From: Bacillota bacterium
GTDB lineage: Bacteria; Bacillota; DTU025
Direction: 5' to 3'
Assembly (NCBI GenBank): GCA_050951805.1
Contig: JBMNJT010000002.1
Coordinates: forward strand, 480,001-544,000
DNA length: 64,000 nt
Shown in pieces: positions 10,225 through 20,946 of the stretch. A program made the translations under genes and the position numbers. Below the pieces are notes generated by a model. The model saw nothing but the letters and a program-made list of their open reading frames with translations, made no database searches and was not told where the DNA came from. Each line of letters begins with the position of its first letter. The first letter of the stretch is position 1.

Positions 10225-11466
10225 ATGATTAGCTCAGACAAATGTGAGTGCAATTCCAATAGCGAGAGTTTTGAAGGTGCAGAGGCTGTAGCGCATCGGA
10301 GTGGAAAGTCGGATACGGCCCAGGTCCCGGACGGCTCACGTGTTGCCGGCCAAGCATGCGACAAACGCGCAAGACGTGTCACCATAAGGGAGATTGCTGA
10401 AGCTGCAGGCGTATCTGTGAGCACAGTATCCCATGTCTTGAACGAATATGGGGATATTAGCCCCGATACGGAACGCCGTGTTCGGCAAGTCATGAAAGAT
10501 ATGAATTACTATCCGAGTGCGCTTGCCAGGCGACTGGTAAAGAAACGAAGCTACCTCTTCCAATTGCTCATTTTCTCAGCAGAAGGCCTCCACCATCCCT
10601 TTTTCTATGAAGTTATATGCGGAGTAACGGACGAAGCCGAGAAGGCAGGATACGAGCTGTTGCTCAGCGTCAAGGATTCGGGCGACAGGCGATGGCGCGA
10701 TTCCCTCAAGCGATGCTATGAATCGAAGGTCGAAGGTCTTATCGTCATGGGATCGCTGCCCGGCCCTGAGCTGTTCGAGGAGATCGGGGTCGGCGGGATC
10801 CCCACCGTATTCATTGATATTCCGTACGAAGGGCCCCGTGCTACTTATGTATCCTCTGACAATGTATGTGGTGCGCGGATGGCGACCGAACACCTCATTT
10901 CCTTAGGCCATCGCAACATAGCTTTTCTCGACGGATATGACACGGGATTGCCTGTTCAGCCTCTATTGCATGGAGGACCTGCCGTAGATGGATGCGGAAC
11001 TGATTCTGCTACGCCAATGTGGGGGATCTCCGAAGCACGCCGCGCAGGGTATGCTGAGGCTTTGGATGCCCACGACATCATCTTCGATCCGGACTTGATA
11101 CTTTACGGCGACTATACTCAGGAAGGGGCGAGACGTGCCGTGTTTCAGATGCTTCAGGAGCGTCCGGATGTCACGGCAATCTTTGCTATTAGCGATGTGA
11201 TGGCTATTGGCGCCATGCAAGCTGTGCGTGAGTCGGGGCGGAAGGTCGCCAGGGACGTGGCAGTAGTCGGTTACGATGACATAGAGTCTGCCTCCTATGT
11301 ACGGCCTGCACTTTCCACCGTCAAGCAACAGGGAGAGGAGATGGGGAGGAGTGCTGTCCGACAGGTTTTGCGCCTCATAGGCAACCCTGCTGAGGCGCCT
11401 GCAAAGGTTATTCTTCCAGTCGAGTTGGTGGTTAGAGAGTCTTGTGGTGCGGGGCGGGGCCGGTGA
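10225..11466 (+). CDS. LacI family transcriptional regulator
   Basis: HTH VTIREIAEAAGVSVSTVSHVLN and C-terminal LVVRESC; ATG 10225 follows GGAGG. Confidence 0.92.
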   Translation: MISSDKCECNSNSESFEGAEAVAHRSGKSDTAQVPDGSRVAGQACDKRARRVTIREIAEAAGVSVSTVSHVLNEYGDISPDTERRVRQVMKDMNYYPSALARRLVKKRSYLFQLLIFSAEGLHHPFFYEVICGVTDEAEKAGYELLLSVKDSGDRRWRDSLKRCYESKVEGLIVMGSLPGPELFEEIGVGGIPTVFIDIPYEGPRATYVSSDNVCGARMATEHLISLGHRNIAFLDGYDTGLPVQPLLHGGPAVDGCGTDSATPMWGISEARRAGYAEALDAHDIIFDPDLILYGDYTQEGARRAVFQMLQERPDVTAIFAISDVMAIGAMQAVRESGRKVARDVAVVGYDDIESASYVRPALSTVKQQGEEMGRSAVRQVLRLIGNPAEAPAKVILPVELVVRESCGAGRGR

Positions 11467-11661
11467 AGTTGGCGTTGGCCCTGCTACTCGTCGATCAGGA
11501 GGTGGTAAAGGACTTCAGAAGTCTCGAGATTGAGGAATCCGGTTTGGTATGGGCTATGTTGTCTGTGAGCGATTAATGTTGACTCGAGTACGGCGAGGTT
11601 TGAAGGGTCCGATGTTGTCTCCGACCGTGCGACGGTCGAACTTGGAAGGAGGTAACCAATA

Positions 11662-12924
11662 ATGAAGCGGGCGATTGCATTCATATTGACGGGTGTCCTG
11701 TTCTTCGCTCTAGCGGTGCCGATGGGCGCTTTGGCTCAGAAGAAGGTCACGTTCACTCTTTGGACCAAGGAAGGCGAAGTGACAGGAGGGGTGCTGGAGG
11801 ACATTGTCGAGCTGTCAAAGGAGTTTGCTAAATCCCGTCCCGGGCTCACCATTGAAGTGGTCAGTTATGGCGTCGAGGAATTGAGGCAGAACTTCCAGGC
11901 TGCTGCCTTTGCCGGGCAGGGGCCGGATCTTCTTTGGACTGTGTCGGACCATGCTGGCCCATTTGTCGCCATGAAAATTATCAAACCTGTCGACAACATC
12001 TTTGGGAAGGATTTCTTGAAGGAGTTTGTAAGGCCAGGGCTTGAATGCGTGGAGCTTGACGGCAAGACGTGGGGAGTCCCCATTAGCGTTGGGAACCATC
12101 TGATGCTTCTGTACAACAAGAATCTGCTTAAAACGCCTCCTAAGAATACCGACGAGATGATCAAGGTCGGCAAGGAACTGACGCGCGACCTGAACAAGGA
12201 CGGCGTGCCCGATCAGTACGGACTCGTTTACAATCTGAACGAGCCGTTTTTCTTTGCTCCATGGCTTGGAGGGTTCGGAGGCTGGCCCCTCGATGGCACA
12301 AAGCCCACGCTGAACACTCCGGCGATGGTTAATGCTCTTCAGTTCGTGCACGATCTGAAATTCGTCCACAAGATTGTGCCTGTGGAATGCGACTATGATG
12401 CAGCGGATGCACTATTTAAGGAAGGCAAGGCCGCCATGTTGATCAATGGTGACTGGTCACTCACGAGTTACCAGATGCCTGAGGTTAGGAAAAAGGTTGA
12501 TCTTGGTGTGGCCCGCATACCCATGATAAGCCAGACAGGGCTCTGGCCGACGCCCATGACATCGGGAATATACTTCATGCTCCCCGATTACCTGACGGGC
12601 GAGAAACTCCAGATCGCAAAGGAGTTTGTGGAGTTCATCTCATCTGACAAGGTTCAACTCCGTTTCCTCGAAAAACACATGCGTCTCCCAGCTACCGCGT
12701 CGGCGCTCAAGAACCCGAAGATAGCCTCTGATCCGCTTCTCAAAGGCTCTGCGGATCAGATGGTTGTTGGCAAGCCAATGCCAACCGTCCCTGAAATGAG
12801 GGCGGCTTGGGACGCCATCAGGCCTAATCAAGAAGCGGTCATGGCGGGCAAGATGTCGCCTAAGAACGCTGCCAAGGCAATGCAGGATGCTTGCGAGAAG
12901 TTGATTCGAGAAATGACGAAATAG
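11662..12924 (+). CDS. Maltose/maltodextrin-type ABC substrate-binding protein
   Basis: Signal peptide; GPDL, LYNKNLL..PP, FKEGKAAMLINGDW and PMPTVPEM.AAW (MalE/MdxE-like); AGGAGG RBS. Confidence 0.85.
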   Translation: MKRAIAFILTGVLFFALAVPMGALAQKKVTFTLWTKEGEVTGGVLEDIVELSKEFAKSRPGLTIEVVSYGVEELRQNFQAAAFAGQGPDLLWTVSDHAGPFVAMKIIKPVDNIFGKDFLKEFVRPGLECVELDGKTWGVPISVGNHLMLLYNKNLLKTPPKNTDEMIKVGKELTRDLNKDGVPDQYGLVYNLNEPFFFAPWLGGFGGWPLDGTKPTLNTPAMVNALQFVHDLKFVHKIVPVECDYDAADALFKEGKAAMLINGDWSLTSYQMPEVRKKVDLGVARIPMISQTGLWPTPMTSGIYFMLPDYLTGEKLQIAKEFVEFISSDKVQLRFLEKHMRLPATASALKNPKIASDPLLKGSADQMVVGKPMPTVPEMRAAWDAIRPNQEAVMAGKMSPKNAAKAMQDACEKLIREMTK

Positions 12925-13000
12925 ACGGAAACCATGAAGCGAACGGTCCGGGTTGTTTTTTCGGCACAGCCCGGACCAATTTCCCCAGGAGGCGATTGAC

Positions 13001-14026
13001 GTGATCCCTTTGACTTGGGAAATTGCGTCCCGTGGGCTGACAGAAGCGGGAAGGATCCTCGTGATGCTGGCCGTCGGGGTCGCAGTCATTGAAGCGCTTG
13101 CGTATCTGATTTTGCACAAATGGCTGAAGCTAAAGAACGCGTTGCCTTTCATGCTGATACTCCCGGCATTCATTGCCGTGGTTGCACTGGTCATATACCC
13201 ATTCCTATTCAATCTTCAGCTCGCGTTCAGCAACATGAGCATGTACAGATTCAAGGAGTTCTCGGTTGGCCTTTCGTATGGCATCCAGAATTTTCTTGAT
13301 GTGTTCAGGGCACCGGTGCTTCAAAATGTGACCTTTGCCCAACTGCTCCTTCGGACGGTGGTGTGGACAGCGGTGAACGTCTTCTTCCATGTTCTAGGGG
13401 GGCTCTTTCTGGCGATCCTTCTGAACAGACCGCTCCGCGGCAAGGCGATATACCGCACTTTGCTCACAATACCTTGGGCGATTCCCCAGGTCATTGCCGC
13501 CCTTGCCTGGAAGAACGAATTCCATTATCAATACGGGTTTATAAATGTCTTGCTACAGAAATTAGGATTCGCTCCAGTTCAGTGGTTGTCGGATCCCAAA
13601 TGGGCTTTTGTTGCAGTCATAATAGTCAATATCTGGTTGGGCATCCCATTCATGATGGTGATAATACTGGGCGGACTCCAGAGTATATCGCCGGACTACT
13701 ATGATGCTGCTCAGATAGATGGAGCATCAGGGTTTCAGCAATTCAGGGCGATCACTATGCCGCTGCTCAAACCCGTTTTGACGCCTGCGATTATTCTCGG
13801 GGTAGTTTGGACCTTCAATAATTTCAACGTCATTTATCTCATAACCAAGGGCGGGCCTATGGAGGGAACTGATATTCTGGTCACTTCGCTTTACAAGGCA
13901 GTTTTCGAGTTTTATAGATATGGTTTTGGGGCTGCCTACTCCACTGTGATTCTCATCATCCTCCTTATCTTCACGTGGATATACCTGAAGGTGACCAAAG
14001 GGATGGGGGAGGTTGCGGACGCATGA
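13001..14026 (+). CDS. Sugar ABC permease (MalF/MdxF-like)
   Basis: EAA loop YDAAQIDGAS, PWAIP and FNNFNVIYL; GTG start follows AGGAGG. Confidence 0.9.
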   Translation: MIPLTWEIASRGLTEAGRILVMLAVGVAVIEALAYLILHKWLKLKNALPFMLILPAFIAVVALVIYPFLFNLQLAFSNMSMYRFKEFSVGLSYGIQNFLDVFRAPVLQNVTFAQLLLRTVVWTAVNVFFHVLGGLFLAILLNRPLRGKAIYRTLLTIPWAIPQVIAALAWKNEFHYQYGFINVLLQKLGFAPVQWLSDPKWAFVAVIIVNIWLGIPFMMVIILGGLQSISPDYYDAAQIDGASGFQQFRAITMPLLKPVLTPAIILGVVWTFNNFNVIYLITKGGPMEGTDILVTSLYKAVFEFYRYGFGAAYSTVILIILLIFTWIYLKVTKGMGEVADA

Positions 14027-14898
14027 AAAAGGAAAGTTCGAGGATACACAGCTTCTTCAGGAGCGGGAAGGGAGACAGCCCCGCAAAGAAACTCTTGATT
14101 CATCTAATCTTGATAATGGCGTCAGTGATCGCCGTATATCCGTTTCTGCGAGTGGTGGCCATTTCGTTGCGACCGGGGTCGCAGTTGCTCTCGACTGATC
14201 TTTCGCTGATACCGTCCAATGCGACCTTGGAGAACTACCGTACACTCATATTTGAGAAGGATTTTACGATCTGGCTTTGGAACAGCCTTGTTGTCTCGCT
14301 TACCACTGTGATTGTTGGCATCGTGCTATCGGCCAGTGCCGCCTACGCTTTTTCAAGATGGGATTTTCCCGGGCGAAAACAAGGCCTTGTCTTTCTCCTG
14401 ACAACGCAGATGCTCCCCCCGAGCATGTTGTTGCTTCCTATCTATGTGATGGTTGTGAGGCTTCAGCTGTTCAACACCTATACGGGAATGATACTTGCGC
14501 ATTCTGTGGGCGCTGTGCCGTTTTCGATCTGGCTGCTCAAGGGATATTACGATACTATTCCCAGGGAACTCGAGGAAGCGGCCCTCGTTGACGGCGCCAG
14601 TCGCCTTGAAGCCTTCTACAAGATAATCATCCCTCTATCTACTCCGGCATTGGGTGTTTGCGGGCTGTTCAGTTTCATGACCTCGTGGAGCGAATTCATG
14701 ATGGCCAGAGTCATGCTGCAGAAGGCCGACCTGTTTACGTGGCCATTGGGTTTCCAGAAGCTTCTTGATCAGTTCACTACCCAGTGGGGAGTTTTCTCAG
14801 CGGCTTCGGTGTTGGTAGCCGTGCCGGCTATGTTGCTGTTTATGTATTCCTCGAAATGGCTCATATCAGGGCTCACGCTTGGAGGGGTGAAGGAGTAA
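14023..14898 (+). CDS. Sugar ABC permease (MalG/MdxG-like)
   Basis: KGYYDTIPRELEEAALVDGA and C-terminal SGLTLGGVK; ATGA overlap with the upstream permease. Confidence 0.9.
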   Translation: MKKESSRIHSFFRSGKGDSPAKKLLIHLILIMASVIAVYPFLRVVAISLRPGSQLLSTDLSLIPSNATLENYRTLIFEKDFTIWLWNSLVVSLTTVIVGIVLSASAAYAFSRWDFPGRKQGLVFLLTTQMLPPSMLLLPIYVMVVRLQLFNTYTGMILAHSVGAVPFSIWLLKGYYDTIPRELEEAALVDGASRLEAFYKIIIPLSTPALGVCGLFSFMTSWSEFMMARVMLQKADLFTWPLGFQKLLDQFTTQWGVFSAASVLVAVPAMLLFMYSSKWLISGLTLGGVKE

Positions 14899-14984
14899 CG
14901 ATATCTGGGGGTCATCGTGGATACTGATGCAGTACAGATGGGAAGACGAAAAACCTTGATAGCTCCAATGTCCATTGGGGCAGT

Positions 14985-15030
14985 ATGGCAGCCAGGTGTA
15001 GCTTCAAATGAAGCTCAGCCTGGCTGCCAT
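14985..15030. terminator. Long stem-loop after the maltodextrin ABC operon
   Basis: ATGGCAGCCAGG...CCTGGCTGCCAT enclosing AGCTTCA-AA-TGAAGCT; no clear U-tract. Confidence 0.5.
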
Positions 15031-15434
15031 GGTATTAGAACTGAGCATGGGTGCACTTTATGAAGTACTGGCGGCAGTCTCATGCGCTTTATGTCGTGGG
15101 TCACAGATGGAGACTACATCTGATTAACCTTGACTGCATTCAAGTTTGCCATGACACCCATACGCATGTTCAGTGCCACATCTCCGTGGGAACCGTTTCT
15201 TTAGGTTTTTATCGAATTAATGGTAGACGCCTTCATCTATATAGTGACAATGGAAATAGCATATAGGACAAAAGGAATAACAAGGGCGGTAGCGAATCTA
15301 CTTCCGTACTGCATGTCCAGACACGTAGTTTCGGGCAGCAAGCGTGATGTTGCTCTTTTCGATGCCTTCGTCAAACATGCGCAGCAAGGCAGGACGTGTA
15401 ATCCTATGTGGAAGGGGCGTTTGCGGTATTGCAG

Positions 15435-16331
15435 ATGGACCGTGCTAGCAGGAAACACCGTGAATTGAGGAAGTTTGTGCAGGGGTTCCTTTACCTAGTT
15501 CCTGCGATTGTTGTGTTTGTTGCTTTCGTCTTCTACCCGTTGGCCAACAGCATTAAGCTCAGCCTTTACCAAACGGATTTGTTTGGTAAAGGACAGGTGT
15601 TCGTGGGTGTGCAGCAGTACAAGGACATCTTTGCCAGCGGCGATTTTGGCCGGAGTCTCAAGATCACTTTCCTGTATGCCCTGTACACCGTCATACCGGG
15701 AATCGTGATTTCGCTGCTTTTGGCGCTAATGGCAAATTGGCGACTTGCCGGCATTCGGGTCTATCGAATGATATTCTCGTCTCCAATTGTTGTAGCGGTG
15801 GCTTCGGCCTCCATAATCTGGGCAATGATATTCAGTCCGGCCCAAGGCATGCTCAGATACATCCTTAGCCTCTTTGGACGCCCGCCTGTCAATTGGCTTG
15901 CAGATCCTAAATGGGCCTTGCTATCAGTTTCGATGGTGGCAGTCTGGCGCGGATTGGGCTTCAACACAATCCTACTCCTAAGCGGGATACAGTCTGTGTC
16001 AGAGGAACTATATGAGAGTGCAAAGCTTGATGGGGCTGGGCCATGGACGATGTTTTGGAAGATGACATTGCCGATGATCTCCCCGGTCTTGATGTTTCTG
16101 TTGGTCGTGTCTACCATAAATGCCCTCCAGTCGTTCGGGGAGATAAACATATTGACCCAGGGTGGCCCGGCAGGTTCCACCAAAGTGGTGGTTTACTCCA
16201 TATACCGAGAGGCCTTCTTCAACTACAACTTCGGTTTTGCAGCTGCTGAGGCCATGGTCCTATTCCTGATAGTTTTGATCCTCACCATCATACAGTTCGG
16301 GCTGATGGAAAGGCAGGTGTTCTATCAATGA
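15435..16331 (+). CDS. ugpA: sn-glycerol-3-phosphate-type ABC permease (UgpA-like)
   Basis: LYESAKLDGA and FGEINILTQGGP; start uncertain (15408 or 15435). Confidence 0.7.
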   Translation: MDRASRKHRELRKFVQGFLYLVPAIVVFVAFVFYPLANSIKLSLYQTDLFGKGQVFVGVQQYKDIFASGDFGRSLKITFLYALYTVIPGIVISLLLALMANWRLAGIRVYRMIFSSPIVVAVASASIIWAMIFSPAQGMLRYILSLFGRPPVNWLADPKWALLSVSMVAVWRGLGFNTILLLSGIQSVSEELYESAKLDGAGPWTMFWKMTLPMISPVLMFLLVVSTINALQSFGEINILTQGGPAGSTKVVVYSIYREAFFNYNFGFAAAEAMVLFLIVLILTIIQFGLMERQVFYQ

Positions 16332-17188
16332 CAACGACGCGCCACGTTACTGCCAATCAACACAGGAAAAGGGCGATGTGGCAAAAGGCCATATGTTACG
16401 TTTTCCTTACGCTTGCTGGGGTAGTGGTCTTTTTCCCGATTTACTATGCTATTGCAACGAGCTTTTTCACTCCAGCTGAGAGCTTGTCATATCCACCCAC
16501 GCTTTTCCCATCCAAGATTACGCTGGTCAGCTATGAGGAGGCCTTGAGGCGGGCCCCTGTATTCAGATTCATTCTCAATAGCTTCATAGTATCGGCCTCA
16601 GTCATGTTTGGGCAGCTTATTACGGCAAGCTTGGCCGCATACTCTTTCAGTTTCTTGGAATACAAGGGCCGTCAGGTTCTTTTCTACATAGTTCTATCCA
16701 CGATGATGGTTCCTTGGGAAGTGACGATAATATCGAACTACTTGACTATCAAGGCACTAAACTGGACTGATACTTACCTGGGTCTTTCAGTGCCGTTCAT
16801 GGCATCGGCATTTGGCATATTCCTCCTCAGACAAGGGTTCATGACGATACCGCGAGAGTTGAAAGATGCTGCAGAGATTGATGGATGCAGCGATCTGCGG
16901 TTCTTTACCACAATTGTGCTGCCGTTGTCTAGGCCCATGATGGCCACATTGGCCGTCTACACATTTCTTAATACCTATAACCAATATCTTTGGCCGCTTC
17001 TGGTTACCAATGTTGATAGAATGCGCACTGTCCAGATTGGCCTTGCCATGCTGCAGTGGGATGAGTCGGTAGCCTGGAACAGTACGATGGCGGGCGTCGT
17101 GATGGTCCTGGTTCCTACAGCCATATTAATGCTATTCGGTCACAAACAGCTGGTAAGCGGGCTTACGTCTGGGGCACTCAAAGGATAG
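16328..17188 (+). CDS. ugpE: ABC permease (UgpE-like)
   Basis: ASAFGIFLLRQ.F.TIPRELKDAAEIDG and NQYLWPLL. Confidence 0.7.
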   Translation: MTTTRHVTANQHRKRAMWQKAICYVFLTLAGVVVFFPIYYAIATSFFTPAESLSYPPTLFPSKITLVSYEEALRRAPVFRFILNSFIVSASVMFGQLITASLAAYSFSFLEYKGRQVLFYIVLSTMMVPWEVTIISNYLTIKALNWTDTYLGLSVPFMASAFGIFLLRQGFMTIPRELKDAAEIDGCSDLRFFTTIVLPLSRPMMATLAVYTFLNTYNQYLWPLLVTNVDRMRTVQIGLAMLQWDESVAWNSTMAGVVMVLVPTAILMLFGHKQLVSGLTSGALKG

Positions 17189-17322
17189 ATGACGAATCTG
17201 AGGCCTGCATGTGAGAAGAAATGTCTGGGGAAGGCGGTGATATGCGGCGGAGGATTGGCTAAACGTTAGGGTGTGCAGCCTGTGGTTTCGACCCGACCGA
17301 ATAATGTGGGGGAGGATTAAGG

Positions 17323-18651
17323 ATGTCCAATAAGCTGAGAACATGTCTACTCCTGTTGACCGTGTTGTTTCTCTCCGGGCTTGTGATGGATGTCAGCTCC
17401 GCGGGTCCTACAAAGATCGTCTTCTGGTATTCCGTAGGCGGTAAGGTCGCCGAGACTACGCGTGTGTTGGTGGACCGGTTCAATGCTACTCACCCTGATG
17501 TGTATGTGGATGCGATATATCAGGGGAGTTATGACGATGCCATGAACAAACTGAAAGCGAGCATACAGGGCAAGTCTACTCCGAATGTCATGCAAATATA
17601 CGAAATCGGCAGCAAGTTCATGATCGACTCAAATGCGATCGTGCCTGTTCAGAAATATATCGACAAAGAAAACCTCGATGTTTCTTCCTTCGAAAGGAAT
17701 ATACTAGCCTATTACGAGATCAATGACCAACTGTACTCTATGCCGTTCAATGTATCGACTCCTATTCTTTACTATAACAAGAATATGTTCCGTGAAGCTG
17801 GTTTGGATCCCGGAAACCCCCCGGTTACCTTCGATGATGTGGCTCGGTACGCCAAGATCTTAACCGTGCGTGACTCGGCGGGCAGGGTTTCCCGGCCGGG
17901 AATGGCGCTTGCAGTTTACGGCTGGTTCTTCGAGCAGTTCCTCGCCACATCCAATCTACTCTACGCCAATAATAACAACGGCCGGGACGGCGTTGCTACA
18001 GCAGTGGCATTTGCCAACCCTCAGGCTGCCTCGATTATAGATTGGTGGGTTGGAATGGTTCGGGAGGGCGTATGTGCTAATCTGGGAAGGAAGACAGCCG
18101 ATACCCAAAAAGCCTTTATATCCGGGCAGTGTGCCATGACTATTGACTCCACAGCTGTGCTGGCCACGATACTATCCGGTGTGGACGGCAAGTTCGAGGT
18201 GGGCACTTGTTATCTCCCAAGGCAAGCAGGGGCAAAGGGCGGGGTGATCATTGGCGGCGGCTCACTTTGGCTTCTAAAGGCTACTTCTGCGCAAGAGGCA
18301 GCATCATGGGAGTTCATCAAATGGATGAGCTCCCCCGAACAGCAGGCATTTTGGCACATCAACACTGGGTACTTCCCGATTACAAAGAAGGCATACGACA
18401 TACCAGCGGTCAAGCAGCACCAGGCCAAATACCCTCAGTTCACTACGGCGGTTAGTCAGTTGCGTGATAGCCCAATAACCAGGGCTACACAGGGTGCGCT
18501 GCTTGGCGTCTTTACTCAGGCTCGGGAAATAGTGGAGGACGCTATAGAGCAGGTTCTTGCTGGCAGGGCCACTTCACTCGAGGCTTTGAAGAAAGCAGCC
18601 CAGCAGATTGATGCAGCTATAGGTCGATACAACATGACTGTAGGCCGGTAG
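17323..18651 (+). CDS. ugpB: ABC substrate-binding protein (UgpB-like)
   Basis: Signal peptide; YQGSYDD, QIYEIG, SMPFNVSTPILYYNK, IGGGSLW and TGYFP. Confidence 0.72.
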   Translation: MSNKLRTCLLLLTVLFLSGLVMDVSSAGPTKIVFWYSVGGKVAETTRVLVDRFNATHPDVYVDAIYQGSYDDAMNKLKASIQGKSTPNVMQIYEIGSKFMIDSNAIVPVQKYIDKENLDVSSFERNILAYYEINDQLYSMPFNVSTPILYYNKNMFREAGLDPGNPPVTFDDVARYAKILTVRDSAGRVSRPGMALAVYGWFFEQFLATSNLLYANNNNGRDGVATAVAFANPQAASIIDWWVGMVREGVCANLGRKTADTQKAFISGQCAMTIDSTAVLATILSGVDGKFEVGTCYLPRQAGAKGGVIIGGGSLWLLKATSAQEAASWEFIKWMSSPEQQAFWHINTGYFPITKKAYDIPAVKQHQAKYPQFTTAVSQLRDSPITRATQGALLGVFTQAREIVEDAIEQVLAGRATSLEALKKAAQQIDAAIGRYNMTVGR

Positions 18652-18761
18652 TCACTGGGCGCCTTGGCACATGGTTCTTCTTGCAACAGTGTTCGTGCTT
18701 TGAGTCTGGCCAATTTGTGCTCTAGACGACTTCAAAACGTTCGATCGGGCACGCAAAAGCA

Positions 18762-18787
18762 AGGGCAACCCAGCTGTGGGTTGCCCT
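18762..18787. terminator. Hairpin terminator between convergent genes
   Basis: AGGGCAACCCA-GCTG-TGGGTTGCCCT preceded by an A tract. Confidence 0.7.
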
Positions 18788-18823
18788 CAATCGTGCCTTG
18801 TTTTGGCTATTGAGCAGTGGTTC

Positions 18824-20449
18824 CTATAGCCGTTCGTCCGGGTATATCGCGGCTTCAACGACGCGCTCGATTTCCTTTTCGACAGTGTTGTCCCAGACAT
18901 TGGCGTTCTTCTTCACAAGCTGCAGTACGTCTTCTGCCGCCTTTCCTGACCGCGTGCCAGGATAGGCTTTTGCGTGGTAGGCAAGTGCGCTTATTGCCTC
19001 GGGGCGAATCGATCCGTCGCTGCCATGATGGGGAGTGTTGTTCGTTCCCAGCAGCAACGCTCTTGCAGCCGCGTTGAATCGGATCCTTGCTTCGTCTGCA
19101 AAAAGTGAGTATGGATTGCTCTCGAGATATGCCTCCCACCCGGCTGTTCTACGACTCAGCTCCTTCATGGAGACTACGAGAGCGCTGTCGACAAGCCATG
19201 GCTCGTTCCTTTCCACGTCATCGAGCTCGACGAATCTCGCGACCGACGGAGTTAGCATCGTCCCGAACTGTTCTGCGTAGAATCCGGCACGGGGCTGTAC
19301 AGTCCACAGCCCTTCGCCAGCGTAAACCGTTGTAAGGCCGGCACGTTTGTATGCGTGTGACACGTTCTTGTCTGCGGCGATGTGGGGAAGACGGGCGTAG
19401 GCGGCGAGCATGTCGTCTGAGTCCTTCGCATCGACAATTCCCGCTATGCGCTCCAGTGATTCAGCTTCTGCTTGTGCTATTGCCAAGTGGAACTTCCTAA
19501 ATTCTGCGAAGGCTAGTTCTCGGAATGCCGGAGGAGCGTTCCAGAACCTGAGCTTGTAATCAGAAATGGCTTTCTCCACAGCGTCAGCAGGATCTGAGTG
19601 GTCTATGGATTCGAGGTACTCAGTGTATGCGTCGGGCACGAGGACCGGAGTAACGTCGATTGAGGCGATCTTGAGCTCGCCGTCGACATATCTCCAAGCG
19701 GTGCGAATCATCCCTACAGAGTTGGCATGGTAGATTGCCCATACCTTCTGATACGTCACAAACTCGCACAGTCCGCTCTTGCCGTCGATCGGCGCGAGCT
19801 CTGCTGCGGAGACATCATCAATACAAATGTCTATAGGTTGAAGCAGTTTTCCGGATTCTGAGTAATACTCACTGTACGGATCGAACTCGTCAGACTCATC
19901 TGGCTTGATGAGTCCGAGGAGAAATCGATCGCCCTTGGATTTGTCGACAAGTTCTATAGTAAAGTGGTCCAAACTGCGGGTATCAAGCTTAGGCCCGCGG
20001 GCAAGCTCCTCCGCGTCGACGAGCATACGCACATTACCGTCTCTCGCGGATACGATGAAGTGATTGGTGATCCCTCCCGAACCGCCGGTTGGGATTGCTA
20101 CGACGATCTCGGAACCGCAGGCCCCGTCGAGCTCGCCCACTGAGAGCGAACCGGGATACCCGGCGCCCAGATCGCCTAGATCAAGGGTTGCCTTCTTTTG
20201 GGTTGCGCCGTCTTCTACTACGACTTCATGCGAACGGCAGAACAGACCCCCAAGTTCAGACTGATAACCTACAAGGAGAATGGCGTCATTTATGCCGTCG
20301 CCTGTGACATCTGCTTCAACACGAGCATGGACGATGCCTGGCGATGACTGTTTGCTTTCGGCGAATCCTCTCACAGGTATGGTTAGGAGGGCGATTACGG
20401 CTATGGATATCTTTGCGATTCGGTTGAATCGGGTATTGCTCATATTCAT
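18824..20449 (-). CDS. Secreted hypothetical protein: N-terminal VCBS/FG-GAP-like domain plus C-terminal helical domain
   Basis: Signal peptide; ADVTGDG..D.I.LVG and GELDG...EI.V.IPTGGSGG; 541-aa ORF. Confidence 0.75.
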   Translation of the reverse strand: MNMSNTRFNRIAKISIAVIALLTIPVRGFAESKQSSPGIVHARVEADVTGDGINDAILLVGYQSELGGLFCRSHEVVVEDGATQKKATLDLGDLGAGYPGSLSVGELDGACGSEIVVAIPTGGSGGITNHFIVSARDGNVRMLVDAEELARGPKLDTRSLDHFTIELVDKSKGDRFLLGLIKPDESDEFDPYSEYYSESGKLLQPIDICIDDVSAAELAPIDGKSGLCEFVTYQKVWAIYHANSVGMIRTAWRYVDGELKIASIDVTPVLVPDAYTEYLESIDHSDPADAVEKAISDYKLRFWNAPPAFRELAFAEFRKFHLAIAQAEAESLERIAGIVDAKDSDDMLAAYARLPHIAADKNVSHAYKRAGLTTVYAGEGLWTVQPRAGFYAEQFGTMLTPSVARFVELDDVERNEPWLVDSALVVSMKELSRRTAGWEAYLESNPYSLFADEARIRFNAAARALLLGTNNTPHHGSDGSIRPEAISALAYHAKAYPGTRSGKAAEDVLQLVKKNANVWDNTVEKEIERVVEAAIYPDERL

Positions 20450-20752
20450 CTTTTCTCACTCCGACATAGAAGATTTTGCCGCGGCCGCAAAGCACGCTGC
20501 AATTAGATTATATCGACAATTGCATGCAAAATGCAGGGTATGTTATGGAAAAGCAACCTGCCCAATAACGGGCGGAGGAGGCTTTTAAATCTCGGCTGGG
20601 CTTGGGCGGTTTAGGCGTGTAGGCGATCTCGAATTCTAAGAACACTCCCAGTCAAGCAATAATCACTAAAATAGAGCATTTGCACGGATCTGTCGACAGG
20701 ACCTTTCAACATGTTCCTCCCATTCCTATAGCAAGGTTTTCCTTGACCAGTA

Positions 20753-20798
20753 TTGACATGCAACTCTATGTTTGCTATTCTAACCTTAACCGGTTAAG
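20753..20798 (+). promoter_or_regulatory. sigmaA-type promoter with LacI operator O1
   Basis: TTGACA(20753)-17 bp-TATTCT(20776) with extended TG; perfect palindrome CTTAACCGGTTAAG at 20785-20798. Confidence 0.8.
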
Positions 20799-20946
20799 TT
20801 GTCCTCAGAAGGTTGTCCAAGACAACACGAAGCTGCTTTAACTGCATGCTCGAGTATGCTAGGATGGCTGGATTTGGTAGGATGTCCCTGGCACAGAGCC
20901 GGGGCGAGCGGCGGGAATGAATGCCCGCCTTCTATTGGAACTCGTG

